Shown piece by piece: positions 1 through 12,053 of a stretch of DNA of 64,000 bases (position 1 is the stretch's first letter; the number at the start of each line of letters is the position of its first letter). This DNA is from Azolla caroliniana (taxonomy: Eukaryota; Plantae; Polypodiophyta), in the NCBI GenBank assembly GCA_043228905.1, contig JBHGNT010000017.1, forward strand, positions 4,898,001 through 4,962,000, given 5' to 3'. Below the pieces are notes generated by a model. It was not told the origin of the DNA and made no database searches. It saw nothing but the letters and a program-made list of their open reading frames with translations. The translations under genes and the position numbers were made by a program.

Positions 1-229
1 AACCTTCTATATTTATAGCCGTGTAATATGAAATACGTATATGAGTCCGAGATTCCCAAAATTCGAGATAGGTTGCAAGTGGAGGTGTGTGCAACTAGCT
101 ACAACATCCAAACTATATCAAGAGGTTTGACGTGTGTTCCTACATGTATATATGTGTGCATCTAGATGTGTATATCTTGTTGGATGAGAATGTTGTGTTG
201 CATTCTCTCGTGGTCTCTAACTCCTTACA
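1..229 (-). mobile_element. Probable 3' LTR of a minus-strand LTR retrotransposon, truncated by the window start
   Basis: On the minus strand a G-rich PPT-like tract (ACACTGGGGGT) is followed directly by TGTAAGG starting at 229. A TATA-like CTATAAATA lies near 10-18. The adjacent 230-2050 looks like decayed internal sequence. Confidence 0.35.
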
Positions 230-2384
230 ACCCCCAGTGTTTTCGTCTCCACTGAGCACACTCCTAGTGATTTGATGTCTTCCTTGTGCCCTTGGCATTG
301 AGTATTATGTGTTATTAGTGTGATTAGTTCATGTGTACATGATCCAATTCCATACATTTGAGAATTGTCATCCTTCGTTTGTGGATCATCAAATTGAACT
401 TCTCTTGGACTCAGCTCCTTCGTGAACAAGTCTATTCCCTCCATTTTCAATATTGGTTTGATAACCAAACATGTCCTTTCTACATTGGATTCATTCTAGT
501 ATGACGTGTATACATTGGATTCATTCCTGTAGTGAGTATGAATAAGTATACTTCCAAAACAATATAATCAATGATATCCAAAAAGGCTACCCTAACATGA
601 CTCAGAGCTTTTGATTGGTTACCACGCTAGGTGGATTCTCTTATTAATAGATATTGGCAACAATTACCTTGTCCATATAGGCCAAAGTTCATTATCTGTA
701 TGAGAAATATCCCACGAACAATAATATATGTAGCATATGTTTCACTAGAACATGGTTTTGAAGAGTCATATGTTATCCTCTCAATACTATGCTCAATAAA
801 GAAAAACTTAATGCAAGTTGTACCACATGATGCGGTTGGTAAAACATTTGAACATAAATTTGGGAGGGGTTGCCTCAAAACTATTTGTTAGAATGAAGAA
901 ATGTGTTCCATGAAGAGCAAATTCCCTCAAGGCATTTAAGGCTTCCTTGAAGTCCCCTCATATGCAGATAACATGTACAACTTGGGTATCTTGGTGTCCT
1001 TAAAGCCCTATCTAGGTTGGTCCCATCCCTTCCTTTCCTTTTCTAGCATCTTCTATATATCGTGTCTTCATTAATCGTTAGATCCTCAACTTCAATTGTT
1101 GTCCATTTGGAGTTCATGATATTCATAGGCTCCATTTTGGATAACAAGTCATCTTAGAGGGTTGTAATACTACCTATTTAGGATAAACCAATTTAGGCCA
1201 TAAGTTAAGCAAATTCATTCATGTCATAAAGAGACTAACATTTTGTGGTATATAAGACAAGCACAAAGACGTCACAAAAATAAAGACAAATAGATTAAAC
1301 AAACATTAACAAGGAGATTAAGCAAACATTAATGCAAATATTAGAGGGTAGAGGGTTGTGTGACGAATAGAAAAGGTAGTCCGTTTATGGGTGAATGGAT
1401 ATTGTGCTTATGATTTTGAATTCAGAGAAATTTGTATCCTATGTTCTTTTGCATAAGATAGTTGATTATCAATTAAACTTGGAAAATTAAGGTGGTGGTG
1501 TTTAATAGTACGTCTTAACAAATGCCTTAGCAAATGAAATGGTGGGTAAGTGTTGGATAAGGTGATCATCACATGATATCATACTAGTGTTCCCAAATGG
1601 TTCAATGGTTAAAGAGTTATATGCTTTCACCATACATAAACTACTTCCTCTCCAATGTACCATCTCTCACATTAACTTGCTCAAAGAATCAAAAACTCAT
1701 TATGCAAGGTCTCATAGATACTTAGGAGGACATGGATCAAACTTCTGTAAGAGGTACATTATAAGGATGACCTTTTATCAAGAGTTTAAATCCATTGTTG
1801 ATGATGTAGAGATCACGTCTTAACCCAAAACCATCTTCTCATCATAAATGAGGACGGGTTTGTACTTTTTCTTGGATATATGGATACACGGATTGAGATT
1901 ACACCATTTACGTCTACCTCACTAGTTCATTGTTATGCAGATTGGGTGTTCATTAGCGAAATAAGTGAGAGAGTGTGTTAACCACTCTCAACTGCGTTAG
2001 TAGAGTGAACCACCTTCCTAACCTCATTCTAACATCTTAATACATAATTTAATGTGTCAGTGGAACAATTAACCTATAACTAATAAATTGCTTCAATATT
2101 AAAGAAGAGATAAGAAATTCCATAACACTAACACACTTATATTTCCTAATAGAAGCCAACCACCCTAATACAAGAAAAAATTCTAAGTCCAAAGACAGAA
2201 ATGTAGAGTGAGGGTAAAGCTTAATGAAGGTCAGAAATAGAGAACTATCCTAATATAGTTTAGCAACAACCCAGTCTTTGACCTTCTCATTAGGGTTGAA
2301 AAAATGACACAAACCAAAGTTGTAGAAAACATGAAAATTTGCCAAAACTCAATAAACCAAAGGTATCTAGATACTTCTCTATTA

Positions 2385-2497
2385 CGGGATAGCTATTAGT
2401 TGAAATGATCAGATATCTGAATTAGTTGATTTTATCTATCTATTACGGGATTATCAGATATCTAAATTAGTTGAAATTATCTATTTATTACGGGATA
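2385..2497. repeat. Degenerate short tandem repeat (3x TATTACGGGAT, with TTAGTTGA/CAGATATCT subunits)
   Basis: TATTACGGGAT recurs at about 2390, 2441 and 2486 with shared spacer motifs. Confidence 0.6.
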
Positions 2498-3086
2498 TGT
2501 AGAGACTTCTTAGATTTTTAAACATCATATAACCGAAGGTATTAACGCTCTTGAGGTAGTTTTTTCAAACCCCTGATTCTAATTCCTTCCTGAACTGAAT
2601 TTCACTACAGGTAAAATTTCATCAGGCAACCAACACATCTGAAAGAATATTCCCAGTTCATAAATCTCTTGGTCAACATATAATCAATTGAAAAGACAAC
2701 AAATTTAAAATCTTCATCCACAAAATCGTTGTCTGAATAATCCAGTTCTTAATCCTTCATAAGTAGGAAGCTCCAATAAAGAAGAGAAGGGTCTAGTATA
2801 CCATGAGACCGTCAAGACAGCAAAACAGCAAAGATTGCATATATGCTACTGAATTAACGTGTCTGGGAACTCTGGTAATGGGATATATATTTGCATTCAA
2901 ACCATTGATGACTGGCTTTTTCTAATGCTTGCCAACCTTAACCACTTTGAATAGAGACATAAGCATCCAGATGTAGAGGAAAAGAGATAACGAGCATATA
3001 TTCTGATATCTACCTCACAATATAGTACAACCTTGTGATTGCATAAAGGATAAACCAATCCTCATGAGGATCAAAATAGAATTGTC

Positions 3087-6000
3087 CTACACAACCTGGT
3101 AACTATCCACAAGCAATTGATTCTTCCCGCTATACTTCAAAGTACTCCCTCCACCCGATGGAAGAACTGATACAACCTGCAAAATGGTAACTCCTAATTA
3201 TGATGTGTACTAATTTCTAATTATACTTTTTTTCGGAAGCTGTAAGAGAGCCATCTATATACCTTTATGTCACAAAATATCTTTGAGGAAGAGAACTTCA
3301 CATCTATCGGGAAAAAAACAGAAGGATCTGCAGCTGGTACCACAAATTCCATCGATCCACTACAACAAAATTAAGGGCAAACTTCATATTCACATACAAG
3401 ACAACCAAAAACCGAGAACAATAAAATCTAAAGAGTGAAGAATTAACTAAAGCAGCCATTCATGAACTTTTTTCCCAAAATTGCACAAAGATTTTGTCAT
3501 TTCCTCACCCTTGGCCTACCTCCGAAAGACAGAAATAGGGGATGAATTGACCTTATGATTTGTAAAACAAAGAGGACGAAGTGACCATGTGATTGCTCAA
3601 ATACCACATATAATTGCTCTTTAAGAGTTGATCTAAGACACTTGGGAAAATAACGAAACACAGGTTTTTCTGAGTTTTTCACTTTGCAGTCTGCCACAAA
3701 AAAACTGCTATGCCACAGTGTCACTGGATGTGTCTGCCATTTCCTTCACCTTAATACAGGATATCAGACATGACAGCAATTTAAAAGATGGGGTGAAGAG
3801 CAAATCTACATTACTAGTTTAGCATTAGATCTCAGAAGGTAAGTTTCAACAATCACTATATGTGCCACAGCTGTCTGCACATATCTATAATAGGTATCAC
3901 GATGAAATTGTAAAATTATATCATCAGTTTAACCTACTCCTTTATTTCGCAGTCAGCTGTAATTTAAAGAGAAATTGAGCTACTGTAACAAGATTGTCCC
4001 ATTCATAAAGGGCAATTCCCTTAAATTTGAACCAGATTTTCAAGTAAGTAATAAATTAAAAGGCTGTATGATTTACTAATCATGTCCTTTGTGTAACAAC
4101 AAAGAAAATAAAAAAAAGAGAAAGTAAGCACTGAATTAGAGTTACCAATTAAAACACTGTAAAAAGTCTACCACACCTTCTATTAGAATCATCAATCAAA
4201 TCGATAGACCACTCCAATATTGACTTTCTTGAATCATATCTGGGAGAAACAATAGACAAACCTCATTTTAATATTCTGCAAATTTATTGGAAGGCAAGAA
4301 TTAAGATAATCACCTCCAGTCCCCATCAATTTGATTAACAGCTGGAGGGTCTTTTAATGCTGGCAAGGGTATGCTGATAGAAACATTCTGCAGTTCAGAA
4401 CCTTTTGATGCTTCATACTCTATGTTGACATAGGATTCTCTCCCAGACACAGATGGCCAACAATTAACTAGGCAAAAAAACAAGTAAATGCAATAAGAAC
4501 AAAATCTTGAAGAACTCCATCATGATTGTATGCAAATGCAGCTAGTAATTGAAATTCTTGTATAGCTTACTGCTAAGAGGTACAAGAGATTCCTGCTTGC
4601 TTTGTAATCGCCACTTTAAAATGCTGCTAGGAGTACCAACTTGAAAAGCTTTAGATGAGTCCTTGAGAGCTAAGATGTTCTCCCTTGTATGCAAGTCTTT
4701 ATCAATCAGAGGATGAGTTTTGAATTGAAAATTTTCGTTGGCACCAGTCTCAATCTAAAACATAGTAAAATTATTCATTTAAAACTTTATTATCAAGTAT
4801 TGTGATAAGAGAGACCACCGATCAAGATACCTGAACTTGGATTTGAGTGTCCTCTTTGTTTTGCACTGTTAAGGACATTGTTCCCCGAACTTCAAAATTT
4901 TCTAGGCCACCATCCTTCTTCAAAGAGACTATAAGATTCTCCTCAAGGCTTATTGTAATAGGGTCACTGATCACTAATGCTTGCTTTGATGGCCCTATAA
5001 CGGGTCCAACATTATCCACGTATATTTCACCTTCTGCTTTCAAGGACTCCAATATCTGGTTTGTTTTCTGGCTCTTTCCTAGTTGCATTCCAAGGCCTTT
5101 TGCTGGTGTTGGCAATGAGGACGTCCTCGCTGCCAAATCGTGGAGACCCTCTTAGCTATTGTTATGTAAGTTAAAAGAACGAAGTCATGAATTGATAATA
5201 AGTTATATTTACATTTTGGTTTATATGGCTCGATGTCCATTGCAGAAGATCCAAAACCAGAATTACTTCCAAAGCCTCCAGAAGAATTAATATCACTAAA
5301 ACCGTTTGTATCAAATCTTGACATAGTGCTCGGAATAAAATTACTCTTATCAGATTTGAGCTTTTCAATCTGTGGCAAATGTTAAAACTGAGCAAATGAA
5401 TAACGGGCAATCTTACATTCTTCATGCTGATGCTTACCTTGCTTTTGTCAATTTCATTGGCCTTCCGCTTCATTATATCCTTTGTGTCACTTATTTTACT
5501 CTGTACAATCATCTTATGCAACCTCTCTTCATGGCTTTCCATTTCAATATACTGTTTGACATCTGACACTGTCACATTCTCCTTGTGACCTAGTGAGATG
5601 ACTTCATCGAAAGCAAATATTAGCTCAAATGCCACCTTGCAAACTCCTTCTTCCTCTAAGCTTGGGCAATAATCAGGAACCTGCCATTAGTCAAGGATAC
5701 CAAAAGTGAAGGTAGCCACCATTGGGGGCCTTAATGTGCTTAAATAATATGAGTATATGTGAGTATATGAAGCCGACTTACATTTCACATACAAGTTAAA
5801 ACACTTTCTGCAATATAATAGTAGCAATCCTACCACGATACAAAGGATACAATTTTAGAAAGTAGTCTCAAGGTTTCCAGATCCTCTAGAATGTTACTTT
5901 GTCTATTTGTGACAAGGAGAAGGTATAGCTGCTCCATTGGTTGGTAGACATAGCGAACATTCTCAGTTTCCACATACGTATGTTGCTTCCCAATGCCGAC

Positions 6001-7611
6001 CAGCTTGGGAAAAGCTGCTAATAAACCTTCAATCCTTATTCTTGTCATATCCACAAACTGCCGTGAGACCAGGGCTGCAAAAACACAAAATGCATGTCCC
6101 AAAAATGCAGCACATCAATAGCCATGGTCATTTCTGAAACCAACCCACCACAAGTGAACAGACATTCATAAGAGCTCTTGCAGAATGTATTATCTGTAGC
6201 TTGCAGAAAAGCTTCCATTGAGATAATGGGCTATTATCAATCTAGAATATCAATATAAGCATGATTTACAGCTATATCATTGCATAAATTTAGCTTGGGT
6301 CGAATGAAAACATAACATTCAGCAGTTATTATCGTATCTCGAAGCCTATACCGAAGTCAATCATTGATAATGAGGGAATTCAAGGAAGCATCGATAATGT
6401 AACTACCAACAGCTATAATCCTATAAGGATGGATGCAAACACACGTGAATCCTAAAGCTATTATATGAATGATGAGATGCTCTTATAAACTATCATAGAA
6501 AGGTGCAAAGGGGGAATATTGACAGCAATTCATAACCAGCTCTATACAATGAATCTCCAACGGTGGAGAAACACATTCAATATGTCAATCTCATCAGTAT
6601 TCACAGCTGAATCTATGTGATGAGTGCAAGAGATTCTTGGTAGAACATCAAAAAAGAAACAAAAGATGATATTAAATATATACATGCATAGAAAATCTAT
6701 GGAATGAATTACCTGGAGCTGGAGAATGAGAAAATACATACGATCTAGTATATGTCAATCTTGATCTGTTTCATGAATATGTGGGTTTCTTTTATAACTC
6801 ATCCTTGAATTCTAAATATGGCAAAGAACTGAACACAAATGTTCAAAAGCAGCTGTATAGAGAAAATCACTTGGGATTGCAAAAATGATTGGGTGCAACA
6901 TCATAGGGCAATGATCTGACGTGCCAATATTCTTAGCCCAAACTATGTCAATAATTCGAAATGTCAAGATCAAAGCAATCTACTGTTGGACAAAACTGTG
7001 TCAGTATCAATGTATTCATCTCGTTCAAAACTGGGACAATATCAAAAAATCATTTTTATCCAAATGCACTTGACATCAACAAACAATTCTTATCCAAAAC
7101 TCTGTCAATCTGAACACCATTCTCAGCCAAAACCAAGTCAATATAATCATTATTCTCAGCCATTCACACACATCTCTATATAATGAATCAGTAGAACAAC
7201 CGGAAGCTTTGATTTTGCTCAATAACCTAGCACTCCAACAATATAAGGATTGATCGCAACCATTCATAAGCATCTCCATAGAATGAATCACCTGGAAGCT
7301 CAAAAAGCTTCGTTTTTTGTCTGTGAATCTATAAACTACCTCTACATATGCCACAGTTCAAATCTAATCCTTCATCGAAACATTAAAGGTCTAGGTCATT
7401 TAGAGGCCATAGGACCCACCTTTGCCAGATTTGGTGATGATCGAGGCAGCCAAGACGACCTATGAATTGGAAGAAAAACGGACAATAAGAATGAAAGTTA
7501 GAAAGGGGGGAGGAGAAGGGAGAAACAAACGATGGAAACAAGTGGAAAGAAGAATAAGAAACAGAAAAGGAGAGGGGGGGAGGGGAGCATGCAGGAGAGA
7601 GCTTTTACCAT
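3087..7611 (-). CDS. delta-COP: Coatomer subunit delta (delta-COP / archain), ~517 aa
   Basis: Exons: 7609-7611 (ATG only), 7420-7459, 5851-6074, 5438-5680, 5213-5369, 4831-5129, 4571-4754, 4314-4467, 4177-4239, 3263-3359, 3087-3176. All introns are GT-AG and the total of 1554 nt stays in frame. Peptides: [94 protein letters not shown]. Confidence 0.96.
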
Positions 7612-7659
7612 CGCGACTATTTGGGAGAGAGATTTTTGCGAGGTTCCGATCGAGAACCT

Positions 7660-7840
7660 GCTTCTTCTTTTGCTGCTCCTGCTCCTGCTCCTGCTCCTGC
7701 TTCTTCTTCTTCTTCTTCTTCTTCTTCTTCTTCTTCTTGGATCCACAAGGCGTTCACGCTGAATCCCTGTCTCTGTATCTCTCTCTGTGTATCTGTGTTG
7801 TCTCTTTACATACAACATACACATACACACACACACACAC

Positions 7841-7871
<31 letters not shown>

Positions 7872-8025
7872 TATGTATATAAGTGAAGCACTCAAATCAG
7901 GTTTTCATGTAGAATACATACATATATACATGCATGCATACATACTCATGCATACATAGTACATGCCTGCATGAATTTGCATGCATGTATCATGTATGTA
8001 TGTATGTATGTATGTATGTATGTAT
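7660..8025. repeat. Microsatellite cluster in the delta-COP 5' leader/promoter: (CTCCTG)n, (CTT)n, (CA)n/(CATACA)n, (TATG)n
   Basis: Directly visible simple repeats. Confidence 0.9.
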
Positions 8026-8110
8026 TAATAAATGTGTGTGAAAAACACTACTTACAATGGGTGTCACAATAGAGTGTGGTCACCCACTAACTACAATACA
8101 TGGGTACTAG

Positions 8111-8372
8111 TAGCAAGCGGCAACGGTTCGGTTTCGGCTTAACCCGTTTGGCCTTTTTCAAACCAACCCGGTTTAGCCAAGCCAATTAAGCCTTAAACGG
8201 CTTGGAATCGGTTTGGCCCAATTCGGTTCGGTTCGGTTCGGCTTGCGCCATCCCACACCAAACTCAATCCTGTTAAGGAAGCTCAAGCCCAAACTGAACC
8301 GAACCGCCAAACCATTTAAAAACAATTTAACAATTCGGTTTTAGTCTTGAGTTGAGTCGTTGTCGATTCCTA
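8111..8372. mobile_element. hAT-type MITE, copy 1 (older, degenerate)
   Basis: The left end TAGCAAGCGGCAACGGTTCGG and right end GTTGTCGATTCCTA resemble the TIRs of copies 2 and 3. Internal AACCG/CGGTT repeats are present. The flanks ATGGGTAC / ATGGGTAG are an imperfect possible TSD, with the left one offset by 3 nt. Confidence 0.7.
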
Positions 8373-8439
8373 ATGGGTAGTGGAACATGTTTGATTGCCA
8401 GTAGACAAGACGAACTTTCCACTAAGGAAAGAATTTCCA

Positions 8440-9957
8440 CTTGCTCTAATAAAGAAATTTGTCATATTAGTATTCCCGTCAATTTTCAGAGATATGTTTT
8501 CACTCCATGACTACCATCAAATACAAAAGCATTGCGCATACATATCCCAATTATGACGCAACCCCAATACCTTAGAAATAGAAAAACGATCTCCATCTTT
8601 GATTGTGGGTCAACTTGTATAAATTGTTCAAACACCCGTTGTCTAGGCGTCAAATAACACCGTGATAAAACTTGCCAAATTTGAGAAACATAACTCCAAA
8701 TTTGACAAGAAATTAGACATTGTATACAACGATGAGTATTATCTTCCATTTGAATAGTGCAATAGAAGCGATTACCAATTGCACTATTCCACAATGTTTT
8801 AGAGTAATCCCAAAGACAATCCCCTAATCAAAACTCTCCAAATGAAGACCTTTGCTACAAGTGGCAATTTAGAATGTCGACTACGTTGTAAGATCTACCA
8901 CCACCCATGATCAATTTTGTGAATTTTACATTCTTCTTTGGCCTTAGATGATAGCCATCCAAGAGACTCAACGGAGAAATGATAAAAAAGATTAGTAGTC
9001 ACTTATAAACACCAATCGATCCATAATTGTTCTCCTGTTTGTAAAGGTAAAGGACCTTGCATCAATGGAATATTTTGTAGTTGTTGCCAGATAAACCCAT
9101 AGTTAGGCGGGATGCATAAAAATGATTTAATTGTGAGCACAATCCCTCCTTTCTGGGACAACATAATAGCTTAGAAGACACAAGTAACTATTCTTACAAA
9201 GAATTACAATGCTCTGTACTAGATCATTGTTTTCAAACACATAACAAGAGTGTTTCTTTCCCATCTTATCCCTTCTCCTCCACAACAAATATCGAAGAGG
9301 TTGCAAAATAGAATGCAAAACCTTCTTTGTCCATGGCAATAATGACAAATAATATAATATCATGAGTTCAATAATACATTGTACAACCTTCAAGCTACAT
9401 AAAATGGCCAAGATCGTGACTTCCAATACATGAACTTATCCCTTAACATTCAATTAATTGACCATTTGTAACATTCATTCCCAATGGATATCCTGAGTAT
9501 CGAAAAATAGAACCTTTCCTAACAAGGGATTCTTGTCATCCTTAACATTCCAAATCCCTTTTAGTACATGATATGAGACTATACTTCCTCCAATTAATAT
9601 GTAATTTGAAAGCCAATGCAAATTGGTTCCATACAACTTACAAGCATCCCCTTCTCAAGATTCTCTTGTGCGGCTTGTAGAAACATGAAAAAATCATTTG
9701 CCAAAGCTTGTGCCACTAGTTGCCCTCTAGATGGAAGATGTAGACCAATAATGTCACCATTCGTTAAAAGCCTTGATAACATCACTAACAAGGGATGAAT
9801 ACCAATAGCAAACAACAATGGACCAAGTGGGCATCTTTGACAAACAAATCTTTTGATGGCAATATATGATGTAACTCCTCCATTAAGCATTACTTGAGAC
9901 ACTACATCTTGTTTTAATAAAAATATGAGGCGAGACATACATCGTCCAAAGCCCACT

Positions 9958-9960
<3 letters not shown>
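8440..9960 (-). mobile_element. Degraded L1-like LINE reverse transcriptase and downstream zf-RVT region
   Basis: ORF 9594-9956 reads QRCPLGPLLFAIGIHPL...QALANDFFMF, matching RT motifs QGCPLSPLLF and (F)ADD. Downstream frames are broken and Trp/Cys-rich. Confidence 0.8.
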
Positions 9961-9994
<34 letters not shown>

Positions 9995-12053
9995 GTGTTT
10001 GTTTTCATGGAAGTTGTCCATCTTCAACATACCCTTGAGGTTTCCTATTTCCTCAGGCATGCCCCTGTGTTTTGCTCTAAGGAAAAATAGGTCAATGCGA
10101 GGATGAAAGAAAATATTGAATGCCCTTCCTTGTTGTGATGGTTGTCGCCATTGAGAACCTCATCTAGTAGGAGGGTCTGCTTAGTGAGGGATTCACTCCC
10201 TAGCGAAGATATATCCAGACAATTCTTGTTACACTAGTGTATTCCCGCTCCCCACCCAACCACCCAACCGATATTTCATCCGGAAGAGATATTTGCTACC
10301 CCCATTGGTTCGTCCCCTTATTGTTGACCAAGGGCATTCAGGGGGACATAATGGATGATATTTGGGGGAAAAGCTCAAAGGCACTCGGGGGAATAATGGA
10401 ACAAAAGGGCACTTCTTTTTTCTTGGTTACATGTTATATACGAACAATAATATTAATGGTCAAATGAAGATTCATCTCCGTCTTCTCATCAATCAAGGGC
10501 AATTGGGAAAATAATGTAAACTCACGATCAATTGGGGGTATGAAGAAAAATGCAAAAGCATTTCCGTTCTACATTGTATATGACAAACTTTTGTCGAAGC
10601 TAAAACTTTGGGAGCATGTTTTGCCTCCTAACTTCTTGATAACAATGTGTACTCATGAGATCATATCACATTTTTATAGTTAGGTAATAATGTATTGTAT
10701 TTACTATAATCCATTCGGTTCCATGATTCTAGTTTCCATAAATATTTGTTTTTTTGTAGTGCAATGTATTTCTAGTAAGAAACCCCAATGTGAGGAGAAC
10801 ACCCATTCCAACAAAACAATCATTAATTAGGCTACTATATCTATTTCTATGAAAAATCAAAGAGGTTGGTTGACATTTGTTTGAAATTGGTTTATCAAAG
10901 CTTGCAATTGGTCAAAATTTACCTTTTCTTAAATCTACACAAACCCATATATGTACTCACTAGATTGGTTTCATGGTACTAGTTCTCATTAGTTACAATC
11001 AACCAATATTTGTTTCTTTTACATCACCATATGCATACTTGTTCAAATTTATTCCTTCAAACTAGTTTTGTTCAGTTCAATCAATGAATATTGTTTTTCA
11101 CATCCAACTAGAAAAGCTACCACCATCACACAATTTGGATGTGTTAGATATTTCTGTCAAATTCAAACTATGAATACAAATGGTCTAATTCACCTGCTCA
11201 TTCAATGGTTCAATAATGCTCGTTTACTTAATTTAGTTGGCATTGATCTTCTCAAATTGCCACACAAACAGCTTCATCCCATCATCTTATTAAAGCAAGT
11301 CAAAATACACATCAAATGTTTCTTTGTGAGGCATTTACTCCTTTTGGAATCTTAAATATTTCACGCACATACTCATTTGTACATTCCGTTATCCATCATT
11401 ATCACATTTATGCCTTTTGTTGAGCTTTGGATTTGGGATATGCACAATTAACAATTGTCTCAGTAGATCATAAGACCACATATGCATTATATAAGCGGGT
11501 ACATACATATTGAAGGAGAAATCTATAACATCGTGTCGTTCACAAGAAGACAACATAGAACCTCTTAAAGGCACATTTGCTCAAAGCCTAAACCAAATCC
11601 ACGCAATACCAAAAACCATTCGCTTCAAAGGTAACAGAACTTTGGTTTTGAACACATTGGCATGATATTGAAAGTTAGAAATCAACTATGCCTCCAGAGT
11701 GAACGGCATTGATCTATTTCAGTAAAATGTGTAATTTGCATATCATAATGTAGTGTTCTCATTCTGTCCCGACTGGGGCAGAATCTAATCCTGATTTTGG
11801 GACATAACTTATAGGTGCGCACACACGTATACTATGAGCGCAAACCTACATGTGTAAACTCGTTCACATCTGCATATTAGCATGTCATGTCTTTCTTACA
11901 ACATATCACACAACATATACACATACATGTTAGTTGTTAGGATTGTTAGGATCAATCGCCACGGAGGGCTCAAAATTGGTACACAAGAAGTGTGTGTGTG
12001 TGTGTGTGTGTCCAAAGGTTCACACTTTTTCAAATATATGTGTTGAATCCAAA

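Noticed and set aside
7422-7959. Overlapping ORFs rich in poly-R, L, S, F, HT or MC
   Set aside because: They are translations of microsatellites in the delta-COP leader and promoter.
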